64,000 nucleotides of DNA from an uncultured virus (IMG/VR IMGVR_UViG_3300025751_000004) (IMGVR_UViG_3300025751_000004), one strand, 5' to 3'; shown: positions 10,161-21,108, counted from the first letter of the stretch. A program made the numbers and translations. The notes: generated by a model not told the origin, from the sequence alone.

Positions 10161-11692
10161 TACGCGTACACCACGTCGGTGGTCTGCACGTCGATTACCC
10201 ATTTTAGATCAGTTGCAGCAGCACCTGTAACCGAAACCTCTAAGGCACCTGCGTCTGACGTAGATGCAGCAATTGCCAGTCCGTACCCAGATACGTTTGT
10301 GCGGGCTGTTATGTCACTTTGAACGATCACAGCGCTTCCAGAAGCCTCGCGTCTCGCTACACCTTTAATATCCCATGCAGATACATCTGTACCATCTGCG
10401 GCTTGCTCTCGTACTATGGCTGTGCCTGTAAAGGTGATTGCTGAACTTGTTGCCAAGAATATTTGGTTGGATGTAGACCCTGAACCGCCATCCGTAGTGG
10501 CAATAGTTTCGGTAGCGTTGGCAGTGGTAGCGATTAATACATACCTACCTTCTATAGTAGGGTCAGCCCATTCCGCCGCAGTAGCACCGGAGTTGACTGT
10601 TAATACTTGCCCTGCAGTACCCAGTGAAGCTGGAATGTTAACCTGAATGTCTCTACCGTCCACAGTACCTGTTACAGCTATGTTACCCGTTACAGTAATA
10701 CCTGTTGCAGATGTCGCTAGTGTAGCGGCATTATCATAATACAACGTTACTGCACCATCCAATACACCTGTAATTATATTTTCTGTGCCTGTTATAGATT
10801 GCAGGTTAATTGCATCAGAACGGATATTTAGGTTAGACGTTGCATTCGCAATATACGCCTGACCGTCTTGATATATCTGTAACTCGTTACCAGAACCAAA
10901 CTGTGCTTTGTTTGCATTGCCAAACAGGATGTCATTAGAATTAACATCTAAATCACCTCCCAATTGCGGGGTGGTGTCATCAGCAACTTCGCCAAGTGCG
11001 CCCAGATTAGTCCGTGCTGTAGCAGCGTCCGATGCACCTGTTCCACCATCCGCTACAGCTAAATCAGTGATGCCTGTTATGTCGCCCCCACTAATTGTTG
11101 GGCTGGTTAGGGTTTTGTTTGTGAACGTCTCGGTTCCGTCTAACGTACTAAGTGTACCTGTGGTTGGTAGCGTTACGTTTGTCGCACCTGTCGAAGTCAA
11201 CGTAAGGGCATAGGCACCCGCCGTGGTTAGGCTACCAGCAAGAGAAATGGCCTTACCCGCTATAGACAACGATGCAGCGTTAGACACTGCCTCTACTACA
11301 TTCGTGCCATCACAGTACAACAACATTGCGGTGCCGTCAGGAACAGCGATACCAGTACCTGAGCTAGTCTTTAGCGTAACAGTATAACTATTACCGACTG
11401 AATTATCCGCTACATACAGTTTAGAAGACGCAGGACATATAACCGTCGCATTACCTGTGAGCGCAGTCCCTGTGTCGGTAAATTTCAGTATGGCAGCGCG
11501 AGATTCTGCGGTAGTGCCGTCTGCTGTAGTTAAGGTGTGAGAATTAGTAGACCATGTATTTATAGTCGCTAACCCAGCAACGGCCTCATCGACCATCGAA
11601 GTGATGTTGTCGTTAACCGTATCGCCCCATGTACCGTCTAAAGTGCCCGAAACAGGCAACGCTAGTTTTAATAATGGTGTATATGTTGTCAT
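10160..11692 (-). CDS. tail fibre protein 4
   Basis: 510 aa; N-terminal anchor (GTWGDTVNDN), DTTPQLGGDLDVN fibre motif, C-terminal domain shared with the other three fibres. Confidence 0.8.
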   Translation of the reverse strand: MTTYTPLLKLALPVSGTLDGTWGDTVNDNITSMVDEAVAGLATINTWSTNSHTLTTADGTTAESRAAILKFTDTGTALTGNATVICPASSKLYVADNSVGNSYTVTLKTSSGTGIAVPDGTAMLLYCDGTNVVEAVSNAASLSIAGKAISLAGSLTTAGAYALTLTSTGATNVTLPTTGTLSTLDGTETFTNKTLTSPTISGGDITGITDLAVADGGTGASDAATARTNLGALGEVADDTTPQLGGDLDVNSNDILFGNANKAQFGSGNELQIYQDGQAYIANATSNLNIRSDAINLQSITGTENIITGVLDGAVTLYYDNAATLATSATGITVTGNIAVTGTVDGRDIQVNIPASLGTAGQVLTVNSGATAAEWADPTIEGRYVLIATTANATETIATTDGGSGSTSNQIFLATSSAITFTGTAIVREQAADGTDVSAWDIKGVARREASGSAVIVQSDITARTNVSGYGLAIAASTSDAGALEVSVTGAAATDLKWVIDVQTTDVVYA

Positions 11693-11699
11693 ACTAGCC

Positions 11700-12332
11700 T
11701 CACTGTTTGTCGTACACGTCTACCCAATTTGGAGTCTGTGCGTCATCCACATCCTGCCATATGAGTAACCTGCCAAGTTCACCCGTAGCTGTCACACTCG
11801 TTACTTGTACCCGCATATTAATAGCAACATCTACATCGCCTACCGTTAGTGTAGCAGAATTACCAACGACTTGGAATATTGCATTTGTAGCCACACTTAC
11901 GGTGCCTATAGCACCTGTTGCTTGAACCCCTGTAACTGTTGTATTTCCATCAGCGGATACAACTACATTGCCTATAGATCCAGTCACCTGCAGGCCAGTA
12001 GGAATGATAGTCGCTGCACCTGTTATGGTAACCGTGCCTAGCGCCGTGGTAGCAGATATTCCTACGACTGTAGCGTTTGCATCCGCGACTACAGTTACGT
12101 CACCTATAGCGCCTGTGGCTTCTACTCCAGTGAGCGTAAAGTCCGCATCACCTGTAACAGTTACAGACCCAATACCACCTGTGGCTTCTAAACCAGAAGG
12201 TTCTATTAAGGCCGTACCTCTTATGGTAACAGAGCCTAGCGCGGTAGTGGCTTCCACCCCCGTCAAACGAGCTATGTTCTGCTCGAATGTAGACGCTAAT
12301 GGTGCGCCTGTAAGAGGGAAGAAGCCTAACAT
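11700..12332 (-). CDS. tail-associated protein with ~21-aa beta repeats (GVEATxAxGxVTV)
   Basis: Visible internal repeats, 210 aa. Confidence 0.65.
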   Translation of the reverse strand: MLGFFPLTGAPLASTFEQNIARLTGVEATTALGSVTIRGTALIEPSGLEATGGIGSVTVTGDADFTLTGVEATGAIGDVTVVADANATVVGISATTALGTVTITGAATIIPTGLQVTGSIGNVVVSADGNTTVTGVQATGAIGTVSVATNAIFQVVGNSATLTVGDVDVAINMRVQVTSVTATGELGRLLIWQDVDDAQTPNWVDVYDKQ

Positions 12333-12617
12333 CTAGTTAGCTACTCCGGGCACTTTGTCATTTACGGTAGGTAGGGGTGACGTATCAAACAATATACTAT
12401 CTTCTTTTTTAGGTTTTGGAGTTTCAAGGGCGGCAATAAAACGGTGAAGCACTGCTTCACGACCCATCCTTAATTGGTCCATGTTAAACTGGGTGTTCCC
12501 AATTTTACGCTCCAAGTCTTGAACGTGACTAAGCAACAATTTTTGCTCGTCCGTCATCGCATCAATGTTATATTCTTTTTCATTGACTGTAATGACGTTT
12601 GTTTTTTTCTCGGTCAT
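12333..12617 (-). CDS. hypothetical coiled-coil protein (possible fibre chaperone)
   Basis: 94 aa, AAAGGAG RBS. Confidence 0.65.
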   Translation of the reverse strand: MTEKKTNVITVNEKEYNIDAMTDEQKLLLSHVQDLERKIGNTQFNMDQLRMGREAVLHRFIAALETPKPKKEDSILFDTSPLPTVNDKVPGVAN

Positions 12618-12659
12618 TTTAGTCTCCTTTTTAACAAACAGCCATTTGAGCTTTACGCA

Positions 12660-12989
12660 TCAAACAGCCGTGCTTCCTGCCATATCGTCTTGAGCCATAA
12701 CCCAAGCATAACATTTATCAAGGAAAGCATCTCCTGATGTGGCATTAATAGCATCTAAATCTGCGTGGTAACGCTTGAAGTCTACCTCGCGGGTGTCGTC
12801 TGTAGGCGTTGACGTTGCATAGGCGCTAAGGTCAATCATTACAGAAAACTTAGGGGGGTTATCACCGCCGTCGATTAAATCTGCACCACGTTGGCGGGAT
12901 ACTGCCGCTGTGATGATACGATAGTAAGCGTCGTTGAAGGCGATACCGTATTGGCTTGCCCCTTCTGCGATATTATGTTGTATAGCCAT
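12660..12989 (-). CDS. putative tail fibre assembly chaperone
   Basis: Start MAIQHN at 12989 with AAAGGAG RBS; directly after a fibre gene. Confidence 0.6.
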   Translation of the reverse strand: MAIQHNIAEGASQYGIAFNDAYYRIITAAVSRQRGADLIDGGDNPPKFSVMIDLSAYATSTPTDDTREVDFKRYHADLDAINATSGDAFLDKCYAWVMAQDDMAGSTAV

Positions 12990-13003
12990 TGTTTGTTTCT
13001 CCT

Positions 13004-14896
13004 TTAGGCATACGTTACTTCTGCTGTTGCAATGTTTGCAACCCAACGAATATTTGTTGCTGCAACACCTGTGGCTTGAACGTTTAGGGCATTGTTTGTG
13101 TTGTCAGCATACAAATTCAACTTCCAACCACTTGATCCAATCTCTGAAATGTTAAAGATTGGTAGTGTAGTTGTGCCACCGTCATTTACTAGCAGTCCAC
13201 GTATTTCCCACGATCCGTAAGACGAAGCACCATTTTGCATAGCTACGACTGTGCCTGAAAATGTAATACAGGTATCAGTAGCTGCTACGATTTGATTAGT
13301 TGATGTTGCTGTGCTGTTGTTTGTAGTTAAGGCTTCAGCAGTTGCATCTGTAGTGTCTGCACGAAGAATAAACTGACCACCTTGTGCGTCACCTGCTGCG
13401 GCAAACTGACCAGAAGCATAGGCCCTTTGTCCAGTAACCGTTGCGACTGCTTGCATTCCGTGTGCAAAAGAACCGTGACCAGAAGCCGTGTTGAAATAAC
13501 CGCCAGCAACAGTAGAGTAGTTATTACTGGCAGTGCCATTAAAACCACCTGTAACAGCAGAATATGACCCAGTCGCACTATTGGCCTGACCTCCTAAAAC
13601 GGCACCTCTTGCACCGCTTGCTGTGTTTGCATTCCCACCTGCTATAATTGAGTAATTGCCTGATGCTGTATTACTCAAACCACCAATTGCAGCACTGTTG
13701 ATGTTGGTTTCAGCAATATTCTGGTTACCAATAGCAATAGAGTTAGCAGAAGTAGCCTTTGACAGATACCCCATAGCAATACTATTAGAACCACTTGCAC
13801 CGTAGCTAGATGAACTAGACCCTATATTAACTGCAAAAGCCTCGGTACTACTAGCCCGTGACCAACCAATAGCAACAGATCGTGTACTGGTTGAAGTGGG
13901 TCCCCAACCAAGAGCAACAGAATTTGAACCAGATGCACTTGCTGTGTACCCTACAGCTACACTATCAGCACCTCCCGCTGAAGATTGAAGGCCAGCAGCT
14001 ATTGCGCCTCCCCCTGCCGCCGTAGGTCTTGCAAAGTAGTCTGTAGAAGTGTTTCCGACCCACATTATAGTTCTGTCGAGGGAATACCAGTTTAACCCGT
14101 CTGTATAGATGTGTATGCTTTCACCTGTGTACAGTTTTTCTGTACCTCTACCATCTATTGTTTCAGTCCCATCTGGATCAATCGTTGTAATATCGCCAGC
14201 ACCAGCTTCGTTTTTAATCCAAACGTGAAATCCTGCTCCAAGGGTTGCTGCTGCTGTTAATGATATTGTTATATCATTACTACTATGCGAAATAACTTTA
14301 CCTGCATCTCCTGCAACAACAGTATAGTTTGCCGTTTTATCGTCTAGTGTAAGATCGGAATCGAATCCCCCACCAGCCGCGTCTGCCCACTCGCCAGCCG
14401 TTCCGCCAGAATTTACTGTGAGTACCTGACCTGCAGTTCCAAGGGTAGCTGGAATATTTTGAGCAATGTCTACGCCATCAACGGTCCCGCCCACTGTTAT
14501 ATTCCCATAGGCGTGGAACCGTTGTGACCCGCTTGAATACATTAACTGAGCCGCCGCACTGCCGCTCCTATAAAAGATCAAGTTGTTGCTAAAGCTAAAA
14601 TATGTATCGCTTGCCGATGGGCCTGTAATTCTAAAAATACCACTAGCATCACGATAAATACTCGCGCCGCCGCCGAAGTCTAATCTGGCTCCTTGATCAA
14701 AAACAAAGTCGTCCGTCGATTTATCCCAAAGGACATTATAAGTATCACCCGTAAAATCTACGTCAGCGGCGATGGCGACAGTATTAGCACTCGTTACAGT
14801 TGCGCCGACACCAATAGCTATAGAGTTTGTACCCGTTGCACTAGGTAAAGTAGACGTACCGTCATAATTCTCAGCGCTAAGATTGGTTATTGTCAT
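13004..14896 (-). CDS. tail fibre protein 3 with YadA-head-like repeats
   Basis: ASGxxSxAxG repeats; shared C-terminal ...NIRWVANIATAEVTYA. Confidence 0.8.
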   Translation of the reverse strand: MTITNLSAENYDGTSTLPSATGTNSIAIGVGATVTSANTVAIAADVDFTGDTYNVLWDKSTDDFVFDQGARLDFGGGASIYRDASGIFRITGPSASDTYFSFSNNLIFYRSGSAAAQLMYSSGSQRFHAYGNITVGGTVDGVDIAQNIPATLGTAGQVLTVNSGGTAGEWADAAGGGFDSDLTLDDKTANYTVVAGDAGKVISHSSNDITISLTAAATLGAGFHVWIKNEAGAGDITTIDPDGTETIDGRGTEKLYTGESIHIYTDGLNWYSLDRTIMWVGNTSTDYFARPTAAGGGAIAAGLQSSAGGADSVAVGYTASASGSNSVALGWGPTSTSTRSVAIGWSRASSTEAFAVNIGSSSSSYGASGSNSIAMGYLSKATSANSIAIGNQNIAETNINSAAIGGLSNTASGNYSIIAGGNANTASGARGAVLGGQANSATGSYSAVTGGFNGTASNNYSTVAGGYFNTASGHGSFAHGMQAVATVTGQRAYASGQFAAAGDAQGGQFILRADTTDATAEALTTNNSTATSTNQIVAATDTCITFSGTVVAMQNGASSYGSWEIRGLLVNDGGTTTLPIFNISEIGSSGWKLNLYADNTNNALNVQATGVAATNIRWVANIATAEVTYA

Positions 14897-14908
14897 GGCT
14901 TGTTACTC

Positions 14909-16006
14909 CTATGCATACGTCACTTCAGAGGTTGAAATATTAGCAACCCAACGGATGTTATGTGCAGCCTCTCCCGTGCAAGTAATCGCTAGTGCATTGT
15001 TTGTGTTGTCGGCTGAAAGAACTACAGTCCAACCATTACCGTCTGCAAAAGTTTTAACCTCTGAGTTTACCAGAGTAGTCGTACCACCATCGTTCTTCAG
15101 CAAACCTCTGATTTCCCAGCCACCTTGATCCTGTGCGCCATTCTGCATTGCTACAATCGTTCCTGAGAACATAATGCAAGTATCACTGGCAGCTACGATC
15201 TGGTTGTTAGTTGACGCCGATAGATTGTTGCCTGTTAAAACAGTAGCAGTCGCATCGGTGGTGTCTGCAACCAAAACAAACGTACTGCCTTGAGCATCAC
15301 CTTTTGTACCAAAGAAAATCCCAGAAAATGCCATTTTTCCTTGCTGCTCTGTTTTCCCCCGAAGAATAGCTGCCGAATAACCATGCTGTGCATTAGCATC
15401 AGTACCTATAGCCAAAGCTGACCCAACGGCTGTTGTCAAATAACCAACGGCTGTTGCACTTGTACTCGTAGCACTACTAGAGACACCAATTGCGATTGAT
15501 CTTACACCTGATGCGGTGCCATTTAGGGCTACGGCATTTGTTTGTGCGGCCTTGGCAAATTGTCCAATTGCAATACTATTAGCACCAGTAGCACCGTAGC
15601 TTGAGGAGTTAGTTGATATAGCTGCTGCGAAGCTATCTGCGCCAGAGGCGTAAGCTCTTGATATTGCTGTCGCATACGACCCAGTTACAGCTTGCGCATA
15701 AGTACCTAAAGCAAGAGCACTAGATGATGTTGCATCCGTGCCTCTGCCAAACGCCATTGATTGAACACCAGAGGCGACTGCATCCAAACCAATTGCAAAG
15801 GCGTCTTCTCCACTTGCTACCGCACTATCACCAATAGCTATAGCATTGGCCCCTGTCGCACTTGGTTGAGCCGTAGGACTACTTTCATTAGCAGCATAAA
15901 GAGCAGCACCACCTACCGCACTGCCTCCAACTAAAAGACTTGTGCCATCAGAGCTTAGAGTAATGCCGCCGCCTGTGCCTGTGTGATCTAGTTCAATCTT
16001 GCCCAT
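14909..16006 (-). CDS. tail fibre protein 2 with YadA-head-like repeats
   Basis: Start MGKIELD at 16006 (TAATG coupling); ANAIAIG repeats; shared C-terminal domain. Confidence 0.8.
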   Translation of the reverse strand: MGKIELDHTGTGGGITLSSDGTSLLVGGSAVGGAALYAANESSPTAQPSATGANAIAIGDSAVASGEDAFAIGLDAVASGVQSMAFGRGTDATSSSALALGTYAQAVTGSYATAISRAYASGADSFAAAISTNSSSYGATGANSIAIGQFAKAAQTNAVALNGTASGVRSIAIGVSSSATSTSATAVGYLTTAVGSALAIGTDANAQHGYSAAILRGKTEQQGKMAFSGIFFGTKGDAQGSTFVLVADTTDATATVLTGNNLSASTNNQIVAASDTCIMFSGTIVAMQNGAQDQGGWEIRGLLKNDGGTTTLVNSEVKTFADGNGWTVVLSADNTNNALAITCTGEAAHNIRWVANISTSEVTYA

Positions 16007-18105
16007 TACGCGTATGTGACCTCCGATGTATGAACCGTTGCAACCCAACGGATATTCGTGGCTGCTGCTCCCGTAACCTCAACCTTTAGACCGCCATTCG
16101 TTGTATCAGCACTTAAAGCCACAGCCCACGCAGATGCACCAGAGGTAGCGTATAAATGGTTTACGATGCCGTTGCCCAAGACAGTCGATGCAGCATTTGC
16201 ATCCCGCAACAACGCACCCTTGATCTCCCAGCTTGCGTAGTCGCTGCCATCAGTTGCACTTTCACGAGCAATAATTGTACCTGAGAAGCTGTAGGCAGAG
16301 TTGTTTGGTAGGATGATTTGATTAGTAGTTCCCGCTAGGATACTGTTGTTAGTTGTAAGAGCTTCTGCGGTTGCGCTAGTAGTATCACTACGAAGGACAA
16401 ATGTTCCTGCTTGTGCATCTCCATCAGCAGAAAAACGACCAGACGCATGAGCCTCTTTTCCGTATATTAACGCTTGAGCATAAAAACCGTGTGCAAACGA
16501 ATAGCTTTGTGTTGCGTCATTGTATTGGCCCCCAAGAACAGTGCTACCAGAGCCACTGGCAACATTGGAAAAACCGCCAACTACTGTTGAATCATTAGCA
16601 GTAGCTGAAGAGCCAGCACCGCCAAAAGCTGTTGCATAAATTCCAGTAGCTGAGTTGAGATACCCAATTGCATAACTCCTAGTGTTTGTAGCAATAGCTT
16701 GCTGCCCTATCGCAATACTGTTAGCACCACTAGCACCATACAATGAAGAAGAATTAGCTATACCAATAGCAACAGCATCTGCACCCGATGAAACAGAACG
16801 ACCTAAAGAAAGTCCGTAGTTTCCAGTAGCACTTGCTTCAAAACCAATAGCAACAGCACCCTGTGCGGAAGAACCTGTATTGGACTGCCAGCCCATAGAT
16901 ACACTGTAGTCACCTCTAGCACCATAGCTTGAGGTATTGTTAGCTATAGCTGCTGCGAAGCTGTCTGCGCCAGAGGCGTAAGAGGTTCCAAGTGCTACGG
17001 CTGATATACCTGTGTTAGAAATTGTAGCACCATCTCCTGCGGCAAAAGACTTTTGACCATCTGTTGTAGCACTGCTCCCAATAGCAATGCCTCTTGTGCC
17101 ATTTGATGTTACTGCTGCGTTCCACCCAATTGATACAGCAAAAGCACCAGCGTTGGTTGCTCCGTCACCAATACTTATAGCATCTTGTGCGCTTGCTGCC
17201 GCACTATCACCAATAGCTATAGCATTGGCCCCTGTCGCACTTGGTTGTGCTGTAGGTGAGCTTTCATTAGCAGCATAAAGATCAGCACCCGCTTGATCTA
17301 CAAAACTCAACACCCCAGAGCCGTTAGTCTGAAGTACCTGTCCACTTGTACCATCAGCAGTAGGAAATTCAATCGCACTGTTAATGTTTAACGCGCCAGT
17401 GTGCACGTCGTTTACATAAAATACATTCCACTTTGCAGAGCCAGTACCTAAAGAAATAGTGCCATTAGCTAACTGATTGCCAGAATAATTAAACGGCATA
17501 ATACTAGGAGTGCCGGGATCATAAAGAAGCCCTGAAACCCCATCCCCCATAATATAATAGCCGCCCGATATACCTATTTTACCAGCAGTAGAACCAGCAT
17601 ATTGAAAATCAACAATGTCCCCTTCTGTAGTAGTTCGGTTAAGAACAGCAGGAGCCGCTGATGCCGCAGAGATACTCAACGCCCCCGACATGGTGTCGCC
17701 TGTCACTGCAACAAAATCAGTTGCGGCGGACGTAGCCGCTGTACCTAAACCAAGATTAGTTCGTGCAGTAGACGCATTATTTAAGTCTGACAGGTTGTTA
17801 GATGGCTGCATAATGTCAGCAGCTACTGCCGTAATAAACACACGAGCACTACCTGACAAGTTAATAGCAGAACCACCACTAGAACTTTCGCTAGGGGTAC
17901 GAGATAGTGTCGTACCAGACGCGGTGTACGTGCCTGTACCTATCTCAAAATTAGCCCCATCTTCTATGGTATAGCCAACTACATCACCGTCAGACACCCC
18001 AGCGGCAGCGAATGTTTGGTAGCCTGAAACGGCACTCCCTAGAGTTATTGTGCCTGTCCCGGGCGTAGAAGTTGAGACATAGGCTCTATTCTTTAAAACA
18101 GGCAT
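16006..18105 (-). CDS. tail fibre protein 1 with virion anchor and YadA-head-like repeats
   Basis: N-terminal [20 protein letters not shown] anchor, [19 protein letters not shown] fibre motif, AIAIG repeats. Confidence 0.85.
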   Translation of the reverse strand: MPVLKNRAYVSTSTPGTGTITLGSAVSGYQTFAAAGVSDGDVVGYTIEDGANFEIGTGTYTASGTTLSRTPSESSSGGSAINLSGSARVFITAVAADIMQPSNNLSDLNNASTARTNLGLGTAATSAATDFVAVTGDTMSGALSISAASAAPAVLNRTTTEGDIVDFQYAGSTAGKIGISGGYYIMGDGVSGLLYDPGTPSIMPFNYSGNQLANGTISLGTGSAKWNVFYVNDVHTGALNINSAIEFPTADGTSGQVLQTNGSGVLSFVDQAGADLYAANESSPTAQPSATGANAIAIGDSAAASAQDAISIGDGATNAGAFAVSIGWNAAVTSNGTRGIAIGSSATTDGQKSFAAGDGATISNTGISAVALGTSYASGADSFAAAIANNTSSYGARGDYSVSMGWQSNTGSSAQGAVAIGFEASATGNYGLSLGRSVSSGADAVAIGIANSSSLYGASGANSIAIGQQAIATNTRSYAIGYLNSATGIYATAFGGAGSSATANDSTVVGGFSNVASGSGSTVLGGQYNDATQSYSFAHGFYAQALIYGKEAHASGRFSADGDAQAGTFVLRSDTTSATAEALTTNNSILAGTTNQIILPNNSAYSFSGTIIARESATDGSDYASWEIKGALLRDANAASTVLGNGIVNHLYATSGASAWAVALSADTTNGGLKVEVTGAAATNIRWVATVHTSEVTYA

Positions 18106-18124
18106 TTACAATTACCTCTATAGC

Positions 18125-18562
18125 TTACGCAATACGGATGATTGCACTCGTAGAATCCGCTGTTGGGAACTGGATTTGAAAATCTCCGTTTGAAGACGAT
18201 TTATCAGAACCAAAATCCAGCACTGCAACTGACGGGTTAGTGCCACCAGATTTGTAGATCAACGCACCGCGAGCAGTGATTGTAGATGATGTCCATGTAG
18301 TGTTGGAAAAACTTAGGTATACAGTAGTGCCAGACCCACCATTTGTTGGGTTTGTGGATATAGTAAGTGTATTCCCGCCTGCTGTATATCCAGTGCCAGA
18401 TACCTCATTTGACGTGGTATATGCTGTGGTAGCAGCACTCAATGTCGCGCTGGACGTATACAGAGCAATCTTAAATGTTTGCGCCGTATCGCTACTAAAG
18501 TCCATTTCACCATCAAGCAGCGCTTGCTTGAAACTGGTACACATCGCCTGTGTTATAGCCAT
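18125..18562 (-). CDS. virion structural protein
   Basis: MAITQAMCTSFK...FKIALYTSSA...NEVSGTGYTAGG, a common phage structural family. Confidence 0.7.
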   Translation of the reverse strand: MAITQAMCTSFKQALLDGEMDFSSDTAQTFKIALYTSSATLSAATTAYTTSNEVSGTGYTAGGNTLTISTNPTNGGSGTTVYLSFSNTTWTSSTITARGALIYKSGGTNPSVAVLDFGSDKSSSNGDFQIQFPTADSTSAIIRIA

Positions 18563-18574
18563 ATCTAGTCTCCT

Positions 18575-19204
18575 TTAACTTACTGGCACTCGGAACTGTC
18601 CCGAGCGATAGGCGTCTTCACGTAATTTACCTTCTCCGAGATTTTTTAACAATCCAAGAGATTGCACAAACATTTTATCATACGTTTGTACCATATCTGG
18701 CTCACCTTTTAAGAACCTGATGGCTTCCACCAATGCACCATTTAACAACGCACTGTCAAATTCATCCCCAAGCCAAGTGGTGCCTGCCGTAACGATTGAC
18801 GGTGGGTAATACCCATAGTGAAGCTCCGCAGTATAATTACTGTCAGGCGTTGGACCTAATATGAAAGAATCATCGTCAAAGTACGCATAGTGTTTGGGAA
18901 GCCCTACAGAAGTGGGTGTAGGGTACGCTTCTCTGATAAAGTTCACATCCTTATTTATTAGGTAGTGATACGCCCCATCGCTATCTACTAGCGCAAGCGA
19001 GTATGTGTACAGAAAGTCCGTAGGGGCTGTAAGGTATTTGTTATTTGTGGTCACAGACCCAGTAACATTTCTACGCAGCGCAGGTATCTGCACTGTGCTA
19101 TATATTTTCTGTTCGGCCTGCTCCGTGAACATAGCGAGTTGAGCATCTGTGAACGAACTCTCACAAATGTCTTCTATATTAGTTTTCAACTCGGTATAGT
19201 TCAT
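18575..19204 (-). CDS. head-tail adaptor / tail tubular protein A-like
   Basis: MNYTELKTNIED...GLPKHYA...LGPTPD...LLNGALVEA pattern. Confidence 0.7.
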   Translation of the reverse strand: MNYTELKTNIEDICESSFTDAQLAMFTEQAEQKIYSTVQIPALRRNVTGSVTTNNKYLTAPTDFLYTYSLALVDSDGAYHYLINKDVNFIREAYPTPTSVGLPKHYAYFDDDSFILGPTPDSNYTAELHYGYYPPSIVTAGTTWLGDEFDSALLNGALVEAIRFLKGEPDMVQTYDKMFVQSLGLLKNLGEGKLREDAYRSGQFRVPVS

Positions 19205-19207
19205 AAC

Positions 19208-19387
19208 TTACCCCATAGGCCCACGAGCCATAAGACCTTTTGTAGCCGCACCTGTGCCACGAACTTTAACACCGCCACCAGATTTATAAGCAGATGTCAT
19301 CTTCTTGCCCGTCTTCTTGGCGTGGGCTTTTGCTTTCTTTTTCCCCGCTGCCGTATAGGGAAAAGATTTGTTTCCTACTTTTGGCAT
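19208..19387 (-). CDS. small basic protein with YKSGGGV motif (59 aa, not in ORF track)
   Basis: MPKVGNKSFPYTAAGKKKAK...AYKSGGGVKVRGTGAATKG; GGAGG RBS. Confidence 0.7.
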   Translation of the reverse strand: MPKVGNKSFPYTAAGKKKAKAHAKKTGKKMTSAYKSGGGVKVRGTGAATKGLMARGPMG

Positions 19388-19397
19388 TACATACCTC

Positions 19398-19760
19398 CTA
19401 CGATATAACTACACTAACAGTGCCAATTTTTCCAGTACCAACTAATGAGTTAGGTGTAAGACTAAAAGGATCATTTAGCCCCACAGGATTCCAACCCCAT
19501 TGAATTACCCTACTACTCGTATCGCCAGACACCCCTAAACTTTGGTCTGGACGTGGATTACGTATTGCTTGAGGGTCGTCCACTGGGAACTCGCCAAGTT
19601 TAAGCTGCGGATGATCAGGATCCCAACATTCAGGACAGGCTTTAATATTAGTGTCTCGCCCTTTAACAAACAGGTTTTTAAGCTCTCGTAGTTTGTATTG
19701 GAAGCCACATACATCACAAAGGGCTAAAGCGTTTTTACTAGAAGCAAACTTATTACCCAT
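19398..19760 (-). CDS. zinc-ribbon hypothetical protein
   Basis: CDVCG...CPECWD...PQAIRNPRPD. Confidence 0.7.
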   Translation of the reverse strand: MGNKFASSKNALALCDVCGFQYKLRELKNLFVKGRDTNIKACPECWDPDHPQLKLGEFPVDDPQAIRNPRPDQSLGVSGDTSSRVIQWGWNPVGLNDPFSLTPNSLVGTGKIGTVSVVIS

Positions 19761-20449
19761 TATGCAATCCTACCTATTCTAGGCACGAACCGTGCAGCCG
19801 TTTTCTCTCTATCCTCACCTGCTGCTAATTCAAACTGCTCATCATACGCGGCTTTGAGCATAGGGATACGCTCCGCTAGATCAGGAACCTTCATAGCTAT
19901 GTGGTAGGCTAACCCCGCAACAAGGCAAGGGAAGAACCGGAAGTTCATATCAGCGGTTTCAACGCCATTTCCAGCATCTTCAATCCGCCGCATACGCCAA
20001 TAATAAAGCACATAATCGTTGTTATCAGGTACAGGCCACACGTTTACTTTGGGAGCATCACGCAAACGCTCTACATAAAGCTGTATAGGACGCCCTTGTG
20101 TTAGTTTGTTTGGTATAGAGGCATACGTACTTACACTTATTCGACTTATGGTAAGATCTGATTGTGTCGTAGCATTGCCGCTATTAGTACGTATTTGATG
20201 TTCCAACAGATCAATTGTGTCTGCTGGTAGAGTATACTGAGAAGTGCCTTGCACCAAACTCACAGTGCCAGAATCAATGGTCCACATATTGATACCACGG
20301 TTCTGCCACTCGATAGTCATTAAGTTCATGGACCTACGCGCAGTGCGTAAATCATAGCCAGAACGCATCTCGCTACCAGCACGCTCCCATGCTTCTTCGG
20401 CAATCTCCGTGAAGTCCATGTTAAACGCTGTGGTGCCTGATGTAGCCAT
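19760..20449 (-). CDS. head-tail connector / tail tubular protein
   Basis: MATSGTTAF...EEAWERAG...ARRSMNL...EWQNRGINMW; typical podovirus adaptor. Confidence 0.7.
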   Translation of the reverse strand: MATSGTTAFNMDFTEIAEEAWERAGSEMRSGYDLRTARRSMNLMTIEWQNRGINMWTIDSGTVSLVQGTSQYTLPADTIDLLEHQIRTNSGNATTQSDLTISRISVSTYASIPNKLTQGRPIQLYVERLRDAPKVNVWPVPDNNDYVLYYWRMRRIEDAGNGVETADMNFRFFPCLVAGLAYHIAMKVPDLAERIPMLKAAYDEQFELAAGEDREKTAARFVPRIGRIA

Positions 20450-20451
20450 AG

Positions 20452-20769
20452 TTACTTATCCTTAAAGTGCTTGATGACTTGCGCAACGAGAGTGTTTTTG
20501 GCTTTCCGTCTATCAAGCTCTACGCCTTCTGAACGCATCATAGCTTCTAATTCGTTCTTAGTCATAGCCTTAATTCTAGCAACGGTGGGAACCTTAACTT
20601 TTGGTTTGGGGGCAGCAGGTTGCCCACCCATTGCTAGTAGTTTCGCTTCCGCTTCTCCCTTAGTCATAAGGTCAAAAACTTCCACGTTATATGTACCATC
20701 AGCGTTTCTTGTGCCTATCTGATACACGGGTTCGCCTGAAGAGAACCTGCCATTCTGAAAAACTTCCAT
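20452..20769 (-). CDS. hypothetical protein with C-terminal HeH/Rho-N-like motif
   Basis: MTKNELEAMMRSEGVELDRRKAKNTLV. Confidence 0.6.
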   Translation of the reverse strand: MEVFQNGRFSSGEPVYQIGTRNADGTYNVEVFDLMTKGEAEAKLLAMGGQPAAPKPKVKVPTVARIKAMTKNELEAMMRSEGVELDRRKAKNTLVAQVIKHFKDK

Positions 20770-20778
20770 ATTACTTCC

Positions 20779-21108
20779 TCACATATAAAGGGTCTGTTTG
20801 CGTCTAGGCTCCATCACACACCCGCACCCGCGAGCGATAGAGCGCTTTCTACGCGCTAGACCACCACCTGCTAGCTTAACTGTAGCAGGCTTTGTATTTT
20901 TTACTACTGTCTTACCTTTACTGCCCTCACGCTTCTTTTTGTTAGCCGTAGCTTTACGCTGGCCTTGGGACAAACTTCTGGCTTTAGACTCTGGCAGGCA
21001 CCTGTCAGGGTTCTTCTTATCTTTAGAAGTACCACATTCCCCCGCGATGTTCCCCTTGGAGTCGATGCGCTTCCATTTCTGATCCAGCCATTTTTGCAGT
21101 TGGCCCAT
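20779..21108 (-). CDS. small basic virion-associated protein
   Basis: 109 aa, Lys-rich, LAGGGL...RGCG motif. Confidence 0.7.
   Translation of the reverse strand: MGQLQKWLDQKWKRIDSKGNIAGECGTSKDKKNPDRCLPESKARSLSQGQRKATANKKKREGSKGKTVVKNTKPATVKLAGGGLARRKRSIARGCGCVMEPRRKQTLYM

Noticed and set aside
10160..18105. Diversity-generating retroelement acting on the repeated fibre C-termini
   Set aside because: No reverse transcriptase gene, and the repeats are coding paralogues rather than a TR/VR pair differing at adenines
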